From IMG/VR virus record IMGVR_UViG_3300011335_000231, positions 1-58,814 of that record: DNA of 58,814 nt; one strand, 5' to 3'. This DNA is from a virus (lineage: Duplodnaviria; Caudoviricetes). The position numbers and the translations under genes were made by a program. This document shows, piece after piece, positions 36,682 to 45,622 of the stretch (the stretch's first letter is position 1; each line of letters starts with the position of its first letter). A model generated the notes under the pieces. That model searched no databases. It worked only from the letters and a program-made list of their open reading frames with translations, and had not been told where the DNA came from.

Positions 36682-37620
36682 TTGAGCCAATATTCTGGGA
36701 TGTGGACACTCTCGCAGGTGTCCCAAGCTGTAAAAGACAATAACTGGACTGGCATCCCTGCCCAGAATGTGGAGTATTTGGTCGTTGCTGGTGGTGGCGG
36801 TGGCGGTGCTTATACAGGCGCTGGCTCTGGTGGTGGAGGTGGAGGTGCTGGTGGTTTGCTTGCTGGCTTTTCAGGCGTAACTGCGGGAACTCAACTTTGG
36901 GTAACTGTAGGTGCTGGCGGGGCAGGGGGTATTGGCACTGGTACTAATTCCATTTCAGGCTCTAATTCAGTTTTACTTGCCGCATCTTCTGGAGCAACTA
37001 CAGGAAATATTGTTGCTTCTGGTGGTGGTAATGGCGCAATGTATAACTTTGCCACAACTGGTGGTTCTGGTGGTTCTGGTGGTGGCGGCTCTGGCGGTGC
37101 TACAGCAGGTGCTACAGGATATGGTGGCTCTGGTATTTCTGGACAAGGAAATACTGGTGGAAATGGAATGAACATTGGGTCAGCTTCTGGCTATGGCGGT
37201 GGCGGTGGAGGCGGTGCTGGAACTGTAGGATTAAGCACAACTGCCGCAACTTTTTGTGGAAATGGTGGTGCGGGTATTGCCTCTGCTATTAGTGGAACTG
37301 TTACGACATACGCTGGTGGCGGTGGGGCTGGTGGTTATTCAATAAATGGTGGCTCTGGCGGTGCTGGCGGTGGTGGAGCAGGCGGCACAACTAGCGCATA
37401 CGCAGGAACTGCTGGAACGGCTAATACAGGCGGTGGTGGTGGTGGTGCAGGGTCTGCGGGTGCATCCTTTACTGGCGGTGCAGGCGGTTCAGGTATCGTA
37501 ATCCTCCGCTATCCAGACACATTCAGAGCCGCTACAAACACAACAGGCTCCCCAACAATCACTGTGGCTGGAGGCTTTCGGGTCTACAAGTTCACAGCCT
37601 CTGGCTCAATTACTTTCTAA
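36682..37620 (+). CDS. Glycine-rich tail protein, paralog 4
   Basis: TTG start after AAGGAG; same terminal motifs. Confidence 0.85.
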   Translation: MSQYSGMWTLSQVSQAVKDNNWTGIPAQNVEYLVVAGGGGGGAYTGAGSGGGGGGAGGLLAGFSGVTAGTQLWVTVGAGGAGGIGTGTNSISGSNSVLLAASSGATTGNIVASGGGNGAMYNFATTGGSGGSGGGGSGGATAGATGYGGSGISGQGNTGGNGMNIGSASGYGGGGGGGAGTVGLSTTAATFCGNGGAGIASAISGTVTTYAGGGGAGGYSINGGSGGAGGGGAGGTTSAYAGTAGTANTGGGGGGAGSAGASFTGGAGGSGIVILRYPDTFRAATNTTGSPTITVAGGFRVYKFTASGSITF

Positions 37621-37629
37621 GGGTAGACA

Positions 37630-37857
37630 ATGAAGGATGAAGTTACACACGAACATATCTATGAACGTCTACTGGCTGTAGAGGCTAAAGTGGACAACAT
37701 AGAAAAGAATACAGAAGATGTTATCAAAGCTTTTAATGCAGCACAAGGAGCCTTTGTTGTTCTTGAATGGCTTGCTAGAGCAGTAAAACCCATCTTAATT
37801 ATTGGGGCTTTCTGTGGGACTATATGGCTTGCTATAGAAAACAAGCTGCATCAGTAA
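37630..37857 (+). CDS. Small membrane protein (holin/XhlA-like)
   Basis: N-terminal coiled coil RL..VE, C-terminal TM segment. Confidence 0.65.
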   Translation: MKDEVTHEHIYERLLAVEAKVDNIEKNTEDVIKAFNAAQGAFVVLEWLARAVKPILIIGAFCGTIWLAIENKLHQ

Positions 37858-37988
37858 TACTTTTATTATTAATATCTTTCCCTATCGGGTCCAAGGAGGA
37901 AAAATATAGATGTGTCCGTTGGACATGGACCGGAGATGTGTACAACAGAAAAGTTGTATGTCTTGAATGGAAAAAGGTTGAGCGATGA
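37824..37988 (+). CDS. Small exported Cys/Trp protein (54 aa)
   Basis: Hydrophobic N-terminus, then YRCVRWTWTGDVYNRKVVCLEW. Confidence 0.6.
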   Translation: MACYRKQAASVILLLLISFPIGSKEEKYRCVRWTWTGDVYNRKVVCLEWKKVER

Positions 37989-38479
37989 TTGATCCGATGA
38001 CAGCCCTAGCTGGCATACAGAGTGCAATCAGCATGGTCAAGAAGGCCAGCAAAGTAGCTAACGATCTAGGCTCTCTTGCTCCAATGATTGGCAAGATGTT
38101 TGATGCTAAGAGCGTAGCTACTAAGGCATTGATTGAGGCAAAGAAGGGTAAAGGTTCTAACATGGGAGCCGCCCTTCAAATTGAAATGGCTCTTGAGCAA
38201 GCTAGAGCTTTTGAAGAAGAGCTAAAGATGTTGTTTATGACGACAGGCAAGATTGATGTCTGGAACAAGATTAAAGAACGTCAAGCCCAGATGGACAGGG
38301 ATGATGCTAGAGAGCTTGGTGCTTTGCAAAGAGCAGAGAAAAAGGCTAAAGAAAAAGAAGAAGAAATGCAAGAGCTTGCCATCATCATTGGTGGTGTTGC
38401 TTTTGTATTGTTGTTAGTATTTATTGGTATCAATGAGTTGATGGACTTCTGTCAAACAACAAACAGGTGTGGCAGGTGA
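37985..38479 (+). CDS. Coiled-coil membrane protein
   Basis: C-terminal TM segment. Confidence 0.75.
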   Translation: MIDPMTALAGIQSAISMVKKASKVANDLGSLAPMIGKMFDAKSVATKALIEAKKGKGSNMGAALQIEMALEQARAFEEELKMLFMTTGKIDVWNKIKERQAQMDRDDARELGALQRAEKKAKEKEEEMQELAIIIGGVAFVLLLVFIGINELMDFCQTTNRCGR

Positions 38480-38631
38480 ATGAATACCAAAAGACATTTG
38501 ACTTAGCCCTTAGGATATTCATCTATGGATGCGTTGCTTTGTATTTTCTAGGTTTTCTGAAGTTTCTTCCTGACGATTTGTCTGACAAGATTGTCAATCT
38601 ATTACTTGGAAAAGTTGGACTAGGTAAATGA
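38476..38631 (+). CDS. Small membrane protein (51 aa)
   Basis: GTG start; one TM segment; overlaps both neighbours. Confidence 0.6.
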   Translation: MNEYQKTFDLALRIFIYGCVALYFLGFLKFLPDDLSDKIVNLLLGKVGLGK

Positions 38632-38855
38632 AATATTTATTATTGTTATTGCTGCTTACTGGTTGTGAAGATAGGTACAGATACTTCTGTCAGAACCCAG
38701 ATAACTTTCATGCTGAGCCATGTCAGAAACCTAAGTGTCAATTCACACAGACATGTCCTGAGTATTTAGTTGCACCAATATTGGAGAAACAAATTGAGAG
38801 AACTTCTGATAAAAATGCTGACACCAAGCCAACCAAAACCAAAGCTGACAACTGA
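38628..38855 (+). CDS. Cys-rich lipoprotein
   Basis: Lipobox LLTGC; four further Cys. Confidence 0.75.
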   Translation: MKYLLLLLLLTGCEDRYRYFCQNPDNFHAEPCQKPKCQFTQTCPEYLVAPILEKQIERTSDKNADTKPTKTKADN

Positions 38856-39336
38856 AGAGTTTGAGGTTAGAGTGTGGGGATTTGTAGTGGTGGCTATTAC
38901 AGTCATCCTATTTGGTATTGTGTTTGCCTTACTATATTCTGTTACTTTTGTAACACAACCCATTAAGAGTATGGCCCCAATTGACATGGCCTACACCAAG
39001 ATGCTTAATGATATAGTATTACTTATTGTAGGCGGTATTGGTGGCATTGTAGGTAAGAGAGCAGTTAACTCTGCACAGAATGCTTTCAAACCTCCTCAAC
39101 CTCCAATGCAGGGCTGTGGTGGGTTTAATGGGGGTGGTGGCTATGGTAGCAGCTATGCCCCTCCACAGTCTGCCTATGGCCTTCCTAGCCAGCCCTTTGG
39201 GGCTATGCCTGTGTGGAAGAACCCAGAGCTAGATGAAAGTTGGACTCCCGGTCCTCCACCAACAACGTCTCCTGAACACATGGAGCCTGATGAGGACAGG
39301 GAAGAAATAGCAGCAGCGAGAAAAGAGGCTGAATGA
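38815..39336 (+). CDS. Putative holin-like membrane protein
   Basis: Two TM segments, Pro-rich tail; start uncertain. Confidence 0.6.
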   Translation: MLTPSQPKPKLTTEEFEVRVWGFVVVAITVILFGIVFALLYSVTFVTQPIKSMAPIDMAYTKMLNDIVLLIVGGIGGIVGKRAVNSAQNAFKPPQPPMQGCGGFNGGGGYGSSYAPPQSAYGLPSQPFGAMPVWKNPELDESWTPGPPPTTSPEHMEPDEDREEIAAARKEAE

Positions 39337-39806
39337 TGTTACCTATCCCACTCCCTTGGATAATTATTGGTGCAATGGTTGCACTATTTGGTACATACCG
39401 GGGTGGGTATCACTTTGGTTGGGAAGATCGTGACCAAGAGATGCAGATAGAGATAGCTAAGAAGAATGAAGAAGCCCGTGTAGTAGAGAAAGACATGGCT
39501 TCTAAGCTTGCTAATAAAGAAACAGAGTTGAGAAAGGCAAAGAATGAAATATCTAAGAAACAGTCTGCTATGCGTGAGCTTGCTAACACTGGTAGGTTGC
39601 GCCTCCCCACCGCCAGTTGTGTACAAGCCAGCACAGATACCTCCACTCCCGCAGGAAATAGCAGAGATGAGCCAACCGATCTTGAGCGACAGACTATTGC
39701 AGCTCTTATCGACATCGTTGCCGAAGGAGACAAAGCCATTGTCAAGCACAACGCCTGTGTCGCAGCCTACAACGAAATGAGGGAGCTGGTAAATGGTAAA
39801 CGGTGA
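39333..39806 (+). CDS. Inner-membrane spanin (Rz-like)
   Basis: N-terminal TM, coiled coil, G.LRL, C-terminal C..Y. Confidence 0.8.
   Translation: MMLPIPLPWIIIGAMVALFGTYRGGYHFGWEDRDQEMQIEIAKKNEEARVVEKDMASKLANKETELRKAKNEISKKQSAMRELANTGRLRLPTASCVQASTDTSTPAGNSRDEPTDLERQTIAALIDIVAEGDKAIVKHNACVAAYNEMRELVNGKR
39544..39780 (+). CDS. Outer-membrane spanin (Rz1-like lipoprotein), embedded in +1 frame
   Basis: Lipobox LVGC, Pro-rich; fully nested in Rz. Confidence 0.75.
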   Translation: MKYLRNSLLCVSLLTLVGCASPPPVVYKPAQIPPLPQEIAEMSQPILSDRLLQLLSTSLPKETKPLSSTTPVSQPTTK

Positions 39807-40407
39807 ACAACTAAGACAGTTACAGATTGATGCTTCTCTGGTAGACGCATTCAATGAAACCTTTGACAGGTTTGGTATCACTACACCAGCTCAACAGGCT
39901 TCATGGATTGGTCAATGTGGTCATGAGTGTGGTAACTTTCGTATCTTAGAAGAAAACCTCAACTACAAAGCTGCTACATTGCTTAAGTTATTTCCTCAGA
40001 ATCCTAAGCGAGTGTGGGGATTTACACCTGAGAGTGCAGCAGCTTATGAGAAGCAGCCACAAAAGATAGCCAATAGGATTTATGGTAATCGTATGGGCAA
40101 CAGGGATGAGGCTAGTGGGGATGGGTTCAGGTTCCGTGGATCTGGATTTTTACAGTTAACTGGACATAGCAACTTCTACCACGCAGGTCAAGCCTTAGGT
40201 GTAGATTTTGTTATGCAACCAGAGCTTGTTCGCACTCCCAGATACGCAGCACAAACAGCGGGCTGGTTCTGGCAGACTCATAGGCTTAACCAATATGCTG
40301 ACAGTGGTGACATCCTCACCATGACAAAGCGAATCAATGGTGGTACTATTGGTTTAGAAGATCGTAAGAAGCATATAGAACATGCCTTACATGTATTAGG
40401 TGGTTGA
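39793..40407 (+). CDS. Endolysin, glycoside hydrolase family 19
   Basis: GQ..HE, FRG.G..QLTG..N, A.WFW, INGG..GL..R. Confidence 0.92.
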   Translation: MVNGEQLRQLQIDASLVDAFNETFDRFGITTPAQQASWIGQCGHECGNFRILEENLNYKAATLLKLFPQNPKRVWGFTPESAAAYEKQPQKIANRIYGNRMGNRDEASGDGFRFRGSGFLQLTGHSNFYHAGQALGVDFVMQPELVRTPRYAAQTAGWFWQTHRLNQYADSGDILTMTKRINGGTIGLEDRKKHIEHALHVLGG

Positions 40408-40432
40408 CTAAGCCACCAATTTGTGTTATGAC
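40404..40432 (+). promoter_or_regulatory. Possible sigma70 promoter
   Basis: TTGACT-17-TATGAC with TGn. Confidence 0.45.
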
Positions 40433-40450
40433 AAGGCTTAAAGGTATATA

Positions 40451-40759
40451 ATGTTACCAGCTTCTCTAAGTATTATTGGCAGAGAAGTGCCGATTAGAGT
40501 TGTAGATGTATTCCCAGAACAACTGGGAGAGTACAGCTATGATGATTATGCAATTAAAATAAAGTCTGGTCAGCACCCCTTAGCGGAGGCAGATACATTG
40601 TTACATGAATGTATACACGCTATAGACGACTGCTTCCAATTAAAACTGTCAGAGAGGCAAGTGTATTGTTTAGCTGTAGGAGTGTTAGCACTTCTTAGAG
40701 ATAACAGACATATGCTTGTTTATTTAACTGAAGCAATAGAGAAACCAAGAAACATATGA
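40451..40759 (+). CDS. Small zincin-like (HExxH) protein
   Basis: TLLHECIHA. Confidence 0.75.
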   Translation: MLPASLSIIGREVPIRVVDVFPEQLGEYSYDDYAIKIKSGQHPLAEADTLLHECIHAIDDCFQLKLSERQVYCLAVGVLALLRDNRHMLVYLTEAIEKPRNI

Positions 40760-43572
40760 AAGATTTTACATCACAGCAAAAAGAGATTGTAGCTAGGAAG
40801 CTAGGCTACGATGGTCCTATGCAAGGCTTTGATGAATTCATTGCATCGTCTCCTGCACTAGAGGCTAAGTATGCTGCCATCACTGGTAAGTTTTCTGAGC
40901 GTATGGCTAAGGGTGGGCTTGTTAAGATGAAGCCTAAGAAATATGTTGATGGTGGTGTTGTCACTGACCAACAGATTACTGATTGGTGGAGCAATCCAGT
41001 AAATCAGAAACTATCTGATGCTGAAATTGCTACTACGATGCAGCAGTTTAAAGTGTCTCCAGAACAATTCTCTAAAGCTATTGGTGCTAATGAATCCACA
41101 GCAGCAGACATTGCTAACAGATATACAGCAGCCACAACAGTTGCTCCTGTAAATGCTAATGCTTCTTTCTCTGCTGCTGCTAAAGATGTAAATGCTACTA
41201 ACATTGCAGCAGCTCCTGTTTCTGCTGGTCTTGCTTGGTCTTTAAACAACGGCATTACAAAAGAACAATATGATACCAACTTAGTAACTGCTTATAAGGC
41301 AGCGGTAGACAAGGGATTGGATGATGCTGCTGTAAGAGCAGAGATGGATAAATATGGTGTTAGTGCAGCAGACTTAGCAAGAGCTACAGGTTCTAATTTA
41401 ACAGCAGTACAAACTAGATATGATGCTGCAGACCCTGCTGCCATTGCTGCTAAAGCCGCTGCTGATAAGGCTGCTGCTGACAAAGCTGCCGCTGATGCTG
41501 CTGCTAAAGCTGCTGCAGATAAAGCCGCTAAAGATGCCGCTGACGCTGCTGCTAAAGCTGCTGCTGATAAAGCCACTGCTGATGCTGCTACTGCGGCTGC
41601 TGCCGCTGCCGTTGCTGCTGCCAAAGCTGCTGCTGATAAAGCTGCTGCTGATGCTGCTTCTGCCACCACAGCAGCAGAAAAAGCTGCTGCCGCTGCCGCT
41701 GCTCTTGCCGCCAAAGCTGCTGCTGATAAAGCTGCTGCTGATGCTGCCGCTGCTCTTGCCAATCAAAACGCTGTAAACGATACTTTCAGACAAGCCGCTG
41801 CTGCTGCGGCTGCTGCTAAGGCTGCTGCTGACAAAGCTGCCGCTGATGCTCTTGCTGCGGGTAAAGTAACTGGTGGTGGTGGTGTTACTTTCACACCAAT
41901 AGGTGGAACACCACAAGCTGGTGCTGCTTCACAAATCACCCCATCAAAGATAGTAGCACAAGGTATACAAGATATTAGCACCACTAATAGAGCTGGTGCA
42001 GCAACAACCATTACAGGAACCACTCCTGCTACCACTACACTAGCAGCAGATGTAAAGCCAGTGGCTGCAGAGACTTACTCAGCATCTACTGCTCTTGCAG
42101 ATTTAACTACTAAGCTTGCTACATTTCTTCCTGCCTCAGGCACTGTGTCTGAAGAGGCAAAAGTTAAAGCAGAAGAACTGGCAACAACAGAACTTGCTGG
42201 TGCTGCTGACAGAGCAGAACAAATACTTACTCCTCAAAAAGTAGGTGATGTAACAGAACGCACAATATCAGAAGCTGAGAAAGTTTCCGGCACTGCTGTA
42301 GATCAAGCCGCTATTGATGCAGCATTGGCAAAGAATATAGCAGCCACTGGTGAAGTTACAGCAGACATGACTGTACAGGGACAGCTTGCTAAACTCACTA
42401 GTAATTTTGATGCTACTAACCCACCTCCTTGGGCTGCTGGTGCATTGAGAGCTGTTACAGCAGAGATGTCTGCTCGGGGCTTAGGTGCTTCTAGCTTGGC
42501 TGGTGCTGCTTTGGTACAGGCTGCTATGGAGAAAGCTTTACCAATTGCTTCTGCTGATGCTGCTGTTTATCAACAGATGGCTACACAGAACCTGTCTAAC
42601 AGACAACAGATAGCTGTTCTTACAGCACAACAAAGAGCTACCTTCTTAGGTCAAGAGTTTGATCAAACCTTTCAGACCCGTGTTATTAATGCTGCTCGTG
42701 TTGCTGATATTGCCAACTTAAACTTTAATGCTAAACAACAGGTGGCTCTGGAGAATGCAAGACTTGCACAAACTGTAGACTTAGCCAACTTGAATAGCAG
42801 ACAAGCTGCTTTCATGGCTGAGCTTGCACAGACAGCAACTCTTGAGACAACCAATTTAAATAACAGACAACAAGCTGCTGTTGCTAATGCTCAAGCTGCT
42901 TTGCAGATGGACTTAACCAATCTGTCTTATGAACAACAAACAACTGTTCTTAAGACACAGCTTACATCACAAGCTATTTTGTCTGACGCTGCTGCTGAGA
43001 ATGCTTCTAAGCAATTTAATGCTGCTAGTAAGAACCAGACAAATCAATTCTTTGCTGGTCTTACATCACAAGTTAGTCAGTTTAATGCTGCACAGAGTAA
43101 TGCGATGGAGCAATTTAAAGTTGATCAATCCAACTCTGTTAAGAAGTTTAATGCTGAAGTAACCAATCAAAGAGAACAGTTTAATGCACAGCAACGATTG
43201 GTGATTGATCAGTCTAATGCTCAATGGCAAAGAGAGATTGCCACCATCAACACTGGTGCTATCAACACCATCAACCTGTCTAATGCTCAGCTTGCACAGC
43301 AGATGACAATGACAGAATATAATAATGAGATACAGATGTATCGTGATGCTGTAACGCATGCGTGGCAGTCTTCAGAGAATGATGCTAATAGAACAACCAC
43401 ACTGGCTGCTGCTGAGATGGCTAAGTCTGCACAGCTTGCCATTGCTGATGCCACTACAGCGGCTGCTAATGCTAGAGCAGTAGGAGAACTAACTGCTAGT
43501 ATTGTAGGTAAAACATCTATTGCTGATATCACTAAAGCTGGTACTAGTATTTGGGATTGGCTAACAGGTTAA
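40756..43572 (+). CDS. Internal virion/ejection protein with Ala-Lys-Asp repeats
   Basis: 938 aa, A/Q/N-rich, QFNA repeats; MAKGG and YVDGG. Confidence 0.75.
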   Translation: MKDFTSQQKEIVARKLGYDGPMQGFDEFIASSPALEAKYAAITGKFSERMAKGGLVKMKPKKYVDGGVVTDQQITDWWSNPVNQKLSDAEIATTMQQFKVSPEQFSKAIGANESTAADIANRYTAATTVAPVNANASFSAAAKDVNATNIAAAPVSAGLAWSLNNGITKEQYDTNLVTAYKAAVDKGLDDAAVRAEMDKYGVSAADLARATGSNLTAVQTRYDAADPAAIAAKAAADKAAADKAAADAAAKAAADKAAKDAADAAAKAAADKATADAATAAAAAAVAAAKAAADKAAADAASATTAAEKAAAAAAALAAKAAADKAAADAAAALANQNAVNDTFRQAAAAAAAAKAAADKAAADALAAGKVTGGGGVTFTPIGGTPQAGAASQITPSKIVAQGIQDISTTNRAGAATTITGTTPATTTLAADVKPVAAETYSASTALADLTTKLATFLPASGTVSEEAKVKAEELATTELAGAADRAEQILTPQKVGDVTERTISEAEKVSGTAVDQAAIDAALAKNIAATGEVTADMTVQGQLAKLTSNFDATNPPPWAAGALRAVTAEMSARGLGASSLAGAALVQAAMEKALPIASADAAVYQQMATQNLSNRQQIAVLTAQQRATFLGQEFDQTFQTRVINAARVADIANLNFNAKQQVALENARLAQTVDLANLNSRQAAFMAELAQTATLETTNLNNRQQAAVANAQAALQMDLTNLSYEQQTTVLKTQLTSQAILSDAAAENASKQFNAASKNQTNQFFAGLTSQVSQFNAAQSNAMEQFKVDQSNSVKKFNAEVTNQREQFNAQQRLVIDQSNAQWQREIATINTGAINTINLSNAQLAQQMTMTEYNNEIQMYRDAVTHAWQSSENDANRTTTLAAAEMAKSAQLAIADATTAAANARAVGELTASIVGKTSIADITKAGTSIWDWLTG
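41431..41866 (+). repeat. Low-complexity coding repeat (AAADKAAADAA)n
   Basis: GCT-rich tandem repeats. Confidence 0.9.
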
Positions 43573-43576
43573 ACTA

Positions 43577-43789
43577 ATGAAAAACTTTAATAACTTTTAT
43601 AAAAAAGTAGACGCTCTTGCTAATGAGAAGAAGTCTAAAGATAAAGCATCAGCATCCACTGGTCTTCTTTCTAGAAACAAAGATGTTCCTGATAAGAAAC
43701 CTACTAGTGAAGATGTATACAGTAAAGTTGCAGAATACATTAAAGCTATCCGCAAACAAAAAGAGGAAATCTTAAATGGTAAGTCCTAA
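43577..43789 (+). CDS. Small putative virion protein
   Basis: 70 aa; tiles the operon. Confidence 0.65.
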   Translation: MKNFNNFYKKVDALANEKKSKDKASASTGLLSRNKDVPDKKPTSEDVYSKVAEYIKAIRKQKEEILNGKS

Positions 43790-44255
43790 TTTATTTCTTG
43801 ACGCACCTATTCCCGGTCAATCATTAACGGTTGAGCCGGGCAGCGTTCCTTGGGAAAATCCTCCACAGTATGTAACTCTTGCAGATGCTGTAGGCTTTTA
43901 TACAGATAGGCTGGATGATCCAGAGGCTATTCTTCAACTGTTAGATGCGCTTGAGAGAGACATCCCAATCTTAACTATTGTTAATACCTTTACCAAAGCA
44001 TCGTTGATGTATGGCTACCATACAGTGGATATAGGTTTCTTAGTTACTCCCATCTTGGTTGAGATGATTAAAACCATTGCAGAACTAAATGATGTTCCAT
44101 ACATTGTTTCTTTTGAAGATCAAGCTAAGGATGCAACAGTTAGTCCTAGAGTGCTTAAGAAAATTATTGATGATATGAAGGCTGATATTAAAGCAAACCC
44201 AGAGATGATTGTGAAAGAATCTCGTAAAGGTTTGATGGCTAAAGGAGAAAAATAA
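43776..44255 (+). CDS. Putative internal virion protein
   Basis: PIPGQSLT..PWE.PP; KGLM C-terminus. Confidence 0.75.
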   Translation: MVSPNLFLDAPIPGQSLTVEPGSVPWENPPQYVTLADAVGFYTDRLDDPEAILQLLDALERDIPILTIVNTFTKASLMYGYHTVDIGFLVTPILVEMIKTIAELNDVPYIVSFEDQAKDATVSPRVLKKIIDDMKADIKANPEMIVKESRKGLMAKGEK

Positions 44256-45616
44256 TGGCTAGTTGGTTTGGAAGTTTTGCTGCTGGTTTCTCTAAAGGAA
44301 TTATAGAGCAGATTGCTGAGAAAGAAAAAGAACAAGCTGCTGCAACTGCTGCTAGTGTCAAGAACATGTATCACAATGTTCAAGAGAAGAAGAAAGAAAT
44401 AGCTAAGCAAGCAGAAGAATACCGAAGCACTGTGAGTGAACTTGGTTCTTTTGCTTTTAAAGACGGTACTAAGTTTGATGATAGGCAACTCATCACACTA
44501 GCTTCTAATCCAGAGATGGCTAAAGACATTGTTAAGCGTCTGCGTGATGATCCTGAACTATCTTCTAGGCTTACACCAGATTTCTTCAAAGCAGCAACTA
44601 ATGCACCAACAAATGTTAAAGCTTCTGAATATATGGATAAGTTGTTTACAGTGAAGGCAGCGGCTACTGAACAAACTAAAGAGTTTTATAACACCACTTC
44701 TAAAGAAGGTGGTATTGTTGATAACTTGGTTGCTGGTAATAGCTATGCTAAAGCACAAAGAGCTGCTGCTGCTTATGGCATGACATTGGAACAACTAATA
44801 GGTTATCAAGATATGTCTACTAAGAGAGCACCTAACATGATGGGTGAGATGGACTATAGTAGGCTTGCTAAGACTAAAGGCTTTGATGATGTTGTTAGTC
44901 AGACAAAGCTTGAATACTTTAATGCAGATAGTCCTGAAGGAAAGAAAGTAGCTGCTGATAAGTTAGCTACATTGAACACTGCAGATGCTGCTATGAAGAT
45001 TGCAGGTAAGACAACTGAAGAAGACAAAAGAAGTAAGCTGGCTGATGAAGCTCAAGATCCTACAAGGACTGCTGAACAAAGAGCACTTGCAGGAGCGTTA
45101 TTACAGCAACGTGTTAAGCTTATGTCCAATCCCAAAGAGAATAACGAAGAGAAGGTTACACAAGCCAACCTCATCACTATTGCTTCTAGAGGTTTTGCAT
45201 CTACAGTGGAGTCATTGGCTCCCGGTAAGTTTGTTACTTCAACAGATATGCAGGGTAACATTTCTCTTACACCTAAAGGCATTGCTGATACTCAGATGAA
45301 AACTGCATATGCTCAGGCTCGTAATGGAATCATTAATGAATTCACTACACCTGATGGTAAGCCTAAGTCTGCTACAGCTAAGAATGCTTTGATATCTATT
45401 GGTGTTCAATTTGATCCTAGTGGTAAAGCTATTCCAGCTAAGCCTGAGAGTGTATTGATGGGTGCTGCCCCCGCTGCTCCTTCTGCAACTAGTCCTCGTT
45501 TAAATAGTCCAGCACCAACAGCACCTGTAACACCAGCAATACCTCGTACCTCTTTAACTCCAAACGTAACAGTACCGTTAACTCGTTACAACCCATCTAC
45601 AGGACAATGGGAATAA
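44255..45616 (+). CDS. Putative internal virion protein
   Basis: FAAGF..G N-terminus, helical, 453 aa. Confidence 0.75.
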   Translation: MASWFGSFAAGFSKGIIEQIAEKEKEQAAATAASVKNMYHNVQEKKKEIAKQAEEYRSTVSELGSFAFKDGTKFDDRQLITLASNPEMAKDIVKRLRDDPELSSRLTPDFFKAATNAPTNVKASEYMDKLFTVKAAATEQTKEFYNTTSKEGGIVDNLVAGNSYAKAQRAAAAYGMTLEQLIGYQDMSTKRAPNMMGEMDYSRLAKTKGFDDVVSQTKLEYFNADSPEGKKVAADKLATLNTADAAMKIAGKTTEEDKRSKLADEAQDPTRTAEQRALAGALLQQRVKLMSNPKENNEEKVTQANLITIASRGFASTVESLAPGKFVTSTDMQGNISLTPKGIADTQMKTAYAQARNGIINEFTTPDGKPKSATAKNALISIGVQFDPSGKAIPAKPESVLMGAAPAAPSATSPRLNSPAPTAPVTPAIPRTSLTPNVTVPLTRYNPSTGQWE

Positions 45617-45622
45617 TAAACA

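Noticed and set aside
32506-37620. Diversity-generating retroelement acting on tail genes
   Set aside because: No reverse transcriptase and no TR/VR pair differing only at adenines.
41292-41916. Antisense and alternate-frame poly-Ala/Ser/Leu ORFs
   Set aside because: Shadows of the GCT-rich repeat; the same applies to the Pro-rich antisense ORFs over the Gly-rich genes.
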